Of a stretch of 27,052 bases of DNA, positions 24,322 through 27,052 are shown piece after piece (position 1 is the stretch's first letter; each line of letters opens with the position of its first letter). The position numbers and the translations under genes are program-made. The stretch is from positions 1 to 27,052 of the forward strand of contig JBGGMJ010000040.1 in NCBI GenBank assembly GCA_041288095.1, given 5' to 3'. The notes below the pieces were generated by a model that saw nothing but the letters and a program-made list of their open reading frames with translations, had not been told where the DNA came from and made no database searches. The DNA is from Myxococcota bacterium. Lineage in GTDB: Bacteria > Myxococcota > XYA12-FULL-58-9 > JALHOP01.

Positions 24322-25377
24322 GTGGGTCCGCATCCGTACGGCAGCTTTCCGTCCGAGATCGCGGACTACCTGCGCGCACAAGGTGTCGAGGTCAGCGACG
24401 ACCAGGCCGACCGTATCGTTTCGCACGCGTTGTCGCCCCGTGCCGCCGCTGACGCTGAGAAGCGTCCGCTCAAGCGCACGGTGCGCGACGCCGCGGACCG
24501 GCTCCTCGACCAGCGCCGGCTCGAGGTCGTCGAGCGTGTCGCCGACCCCACCGACGGCTTCGTGAAGTATCTCTTCCGCCATCCCGACGGCGCCTTGTCC
24601 GAGGCGGTACGCATCCCCCTGCACAAGCCCGGTACCTTCTCGGTCTGCCTGTCGTCACAGGTCGGCTGCGCCATGAAATGCGACTTCTGCGCCACCGGCC
24701 GCCTCGGTCTGACACGGAACCTCGCGCCCTGGGAGATCGTCGCGCAGATGGTCATGGTGCGCGACGAAGCCCAGCAAGAGGGTGCCGGCCGGGTCACGAG
24801 CGCCGTGTTCATGGGCCAAGGCGAGCCCTTCCACAACTACGACGCCGTCATCCGCGCGGCTCAGATGATCGCGAACCCGCTGGGCTGCCGCTTGTCCGCC
24901 GAAGCGATCACGATCTCGACCGTTGGGCTGGTGCCGCGCATCCGGCGCTACACCGCCGAGGGTCACCGCTACAAGCTCATCGTGTCGCTGACTTCCGCGA
25001 TAGAGGACAAGCGCGCGAGGCTCTTGCCCGTGGCGTCGAAGTACTCGTTGCCCGAGGTCGCCGAGGCGCTTCGCGAGCACGCCGCGGCCCGCAAGACCCG
25101 CGTCACCGTCGCGTGGGTCACCATGGCGGGCGTCAACACCGGCGCCGACGAGGCGCGCGCCCTCGCCGAGCTCCTCATCGGGGTGCCGATCATCGTCAAC
25201 CTCATCGACGTCAACGACGCCCGTGAGGACGGCTACAAGGCGGCCGGCGACGCCGAGCGCCGCGCCTTCCTCGACAACTTGCAGATCCTCCGCGCCCCGG
25301 TGGTCCGCCGCTATTCCGGCGGCAAGTCCAAGCACGCCGCCTGCGGCATGCTCGCCGGTCTGCGCCTGTCCGCTTGA
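24322..25377 (+). CDS. RlmN/Cfr-family radical SAM RNA methyltransferase (divergent paralog)
   Basis: KYLF, EAVRIP, VCLSSQVGCAMKCDFCATG (CxxxCxxC), RNL..WEIVAQ, VFMGQGEP, ITISTVG and C-terminal AACGML. Start is GTG 24322, just after the upstream TAA. Confidence 0.85.
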   Translation: MGPHPYGSFPSEIADYLRAQGVEVSDDQADRIVSHALSPRAAADAEKRPLKRTVRDAADRLLDQRRLEVVERVADPTDGFVKYLFRHPDGALSEAVRIPLHKPGTFSVCLSSQVGCAMKCDFCATGRLGLTRNLAPWEIVAQMVMVRDEAQQEGAGRVTSAVFMGQGEPFHNYDAVIRAAQMIANPLGCRLSAEAITISTVGLVPRIRRYTAEGHRYKLIVSLTSAIEDKRARLLPVASKYSLPEVAEALREHAAARKTRVTVAWVTMAGVNTGADEARALAELLIGVPIIVNLIDVNDAREDGYKAAGDAERRAFLDNLQILRAPVVRRYSGGKSKHAACGMLAGLRLSA

Positions 25378-25383
25378 GAAGAC

Positions 25384-25713
25384 ATGTCGACGGTCCTACT
25401 CCTCGTGGTCTCCAACGTTTTCATGACCTTCGCCTGGTACCGGCATCTGCGTGAGCAGGGCTCATCGCCGCTGTGGATCGCCATCGCCACGAGCTGGGGC
25501 ATCGCCTTCTTCGAGTATTGCCTGGCGGTGCCGGCGAACCGCTTCGGCTACGGCAAGTTCTCGCTGGTGCAGCTCAAGACCATCCAAGAGGTCATCACCC
25601 TGGTGGTCTTCGCCGCCTTCGCGGCGCTCTACATGCGCGAGCGTCTGACCATGAACCACCTGATCGCGGCGGTGTGTTTGGTCGCGGCCGTCTTCTTCGC
25701 CTTCCGCAAGTAG
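25384..25713 (+). CDS. DMT-superfamily small membrane protein (DUF486/DMT_6)
   Basis: SNVFMTFAWY.HL, SWGIAFFEYCLAVPANRFG and QLKTIQEVITLVVF; four hydrophobic segments in 109 aa. Confidence 0.9.
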   Translation: MSTVLLLVVSNVFMTFAWYRHLREQGSSPLWIAIATSWGIAFFEYCLAVPANRFGYGKFSLVQLKTIQEVITLVVFAAFAALYMRERLTMNHLIAAVCLVAAVFFAFRK

Positions 25714-26976
25714 CTACGGCGCCGCCAGGACCTTCTTGGCGAGCTCGAGATGCTCGGGCTTGCAGTAGACACGCGACACCGCTACCGCTTCGTCGAACCG
25801 GCGGTAGAGCGGTGTGTAGTCCTCGATGCGGCTCACGCGGTTGCGCTCGGGCTCGATGACGAGCAACGGAAACGCTTCGTCGCGCTTGCGGAAATATTTC
25901 GAGAGCACACCGCGACTGGTGGCGCGGAAGAAGTCGACGCCCGCGTCCGCGAGCTTCGCGTCGATGGTCGGCGCCTCCTTGGCGCTGAACTCGTGGGTCT
26001 CGACCAGCATGCGATAGGGCCGGCGCCGCACCACCAGCTTCGCCCAAGGATCGTTCGAGCGCCGCAACGCCATGTTGAGCTCGACGTCGTCGGTCGCGAG
26101 GTAACCGTCGGCGTCCGCGGGCAGCTTGTACTCACCGGACTCGTAGAAGCGGCCGAGGAGCGAGTCGAAGCAGATCGGCGTGTAGTGATAATAAACCGAC
26201 AAGAACATGTGGTAGCGCGCGAGCAGGAAGTTCTCGAAGGCCCACATGCCGCGATGCTGCAGCGCCATGGCCAGGGTGCCTTCCCACTCGACCGCGGTGA
26301 TGTTCGCGGTCAACCACTGATGGTCGAAGTTTCCGTAGGTGACGCCCGCGTAGTAGGCGTCGCGCCGCAGGTAATCCATACGGTCGGCGTCCATCTCGCT
26401 CGAGACGATCTGATGGAGCAGCGGCAGCAGATCGACGCCACCAACGATGAACGCCTGCTCGTCACCCGGCGCCGGCGTGCCCATGACCAGCGCCGCGAGC
26501 CGCGCGCCGGTGACGCCGATCGCGCCGACTTGCTCGTCGATGAGCTGAGTAAGCTCGGAGCGGGTCAACAGGAGCACCGTGTAGTCTTCGTGCGTGGCCT
26601 GGCGCTTGGGGTCGTCGACCCACGAGCCCAAGGCGAGCTCGCCGGCATCCGGCATGACGCGCTCGCTGACGTGCGACATCGGCGCGTGCCCCAGGTCGTG
26701 AAAGAGCACGGCCAGCCGCACCGTCTGCCGCAGCCGCGCCTTCTCCACGTCGGTCGCCTCGACCACCGCGAGCGCCCGCTCGACCATGCGTGTCGCCATC
26801 GCCATCGCGCCCAAGGAATGCGCGTAACGCGTGTGCGTCGCGCCCGGAAACGCGAGCTCCGAGAATCCGAGCTGCTTGATGTGCCGCAACCGCTGGAACG
26901 GACGCGAGTCGATCAGCTTGATCTCGGTGGGCGAGACCTCGATGGTCCCGTGGATGGGATCGTGAATCGCGATCAT
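25714..26976 (-). CDS. HD-superfamily phosphohydrolase (SAMHD1-like / dNTP triphosphohydrolase family)
   Basis: IHDPIHG, FQRLRHIKQLG, FPGATHTRYAHSLG, LFHDLGHAPMSH, HEDY, DADRMDYLRRDAYY and ENFLLARYHMFLSVYYH. Confidence 0.92.
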   Translation of the reverse strand: MIAIHDPIHGTIEVSPTEIKLIDSRPFQRLRHIKQLGFSELAFPGATHTRYAHSLGAMAMATRMVERALAVVEATDVEKARLRQTVRLAVLFHDLGHAPMSHVSERVMPDAGELALGSWVDDPKRQATHEDYTVLLLTRSELTQLIDEQVGAIGVTGARLAALVMGTPAPGDEQAFIVGGVDLLPLLHQIVSSEMDADRMDYLRRDAYYAGVTYGNFDHQWLTANITAVEWEGTLAMALQHRGMWAFENFLLARYHMFLSVYYHYTPICFDSLLGRFYESGEYKLPADADGYLATDDVELNMALRRSNDPWAKLVVRRRPYRMLVETHEFSAKEAPTIDAKLADAGVDFFRATSRGVLSKYFRKRDEAFPLLVIEPERNRVSRIEDYTPLYRRFDEAVAVSRVYCKPEHLELAKKVLAAP

Positions 26977-27052
26977 ACGCCCGGCTGCAATAACACCGAC
27001 CGAGCGGCCGCGTCGATATGATGAGCAGCGCGCCGGCTCCCAAGCCCGGCGC

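Noticed and set aside
24322-25377. Calling the radical SAM gene a cfr antibiotic resistance gene
   Set aside because: There is no mobile context, and the motifs differ from both Cfr and RlmN; function cannot be assigned from sequence alone.
25714-26976. HD protein as an anti-phage dNTP-depletion system
   Set aside because: SAMHD1-like HD proteins are widespread housekeeping genes; no defence-island context is visible, although upstream sequence is cut off by the window edge.
1668-27021. Long antisense or alternate-frame ORFs (e.g. 1668-2858, 8065-9309, 11805-13019, 12542-13750, 19734-21191, 21264-22790, 25750-27021)
   Set aside because: They are typical stop-poor shadow frames of high-GC genes, overlap well-supported CDSs almost entirely, and show no recognisable motifs.

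Overview
High-GC (roughly 68-70% by eye), densely coding window that looks like a Myxococcota/deltaproteobacterial chromosome. No CRISPR array, RNA gene or mobile element is visible. The left half (1-11013, + strand) is a conserved type IV pilus/polarity/shikimate locus. It holds the 3' part of pilQ, aroC, an aroK-aroB fusion whose linker is a 19-unit heptamer DNA repeat, a Cys-rich lipoprotein, an MglC-type Roadblock protein with an in-frame N-terminal TPR, aroQ, efp, a terminator, and an SgmX-type TPR protein. The middle (11014-23462) has a secreted hypothetical gene divergent from an overlapping three-gene operon. That operon encodes an inner-membrane-anchored AsmA/YdbH-like beta-rich protein, a YdbL (DUF1318) lipoprotein, and a ~2520-aa predicted lipoprotein with a TolB-like propeller, TPRs, an apparently dead CHAT domain, more TPRs and an intact His/Cys caspase-like CHAT domain. 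This envelope bridge plus exported caspase-like protease is the best candidate for an undescribed system. The right end has a tandem-SH3 lipoprotein, a divergent RlmN/Cfr-family radical SAM enzyme, a DUF486 DMT protein and a convergent SAMHD1-like HD phosphohydrolase. All family calls come from motif recognition by eye; no searches were run.
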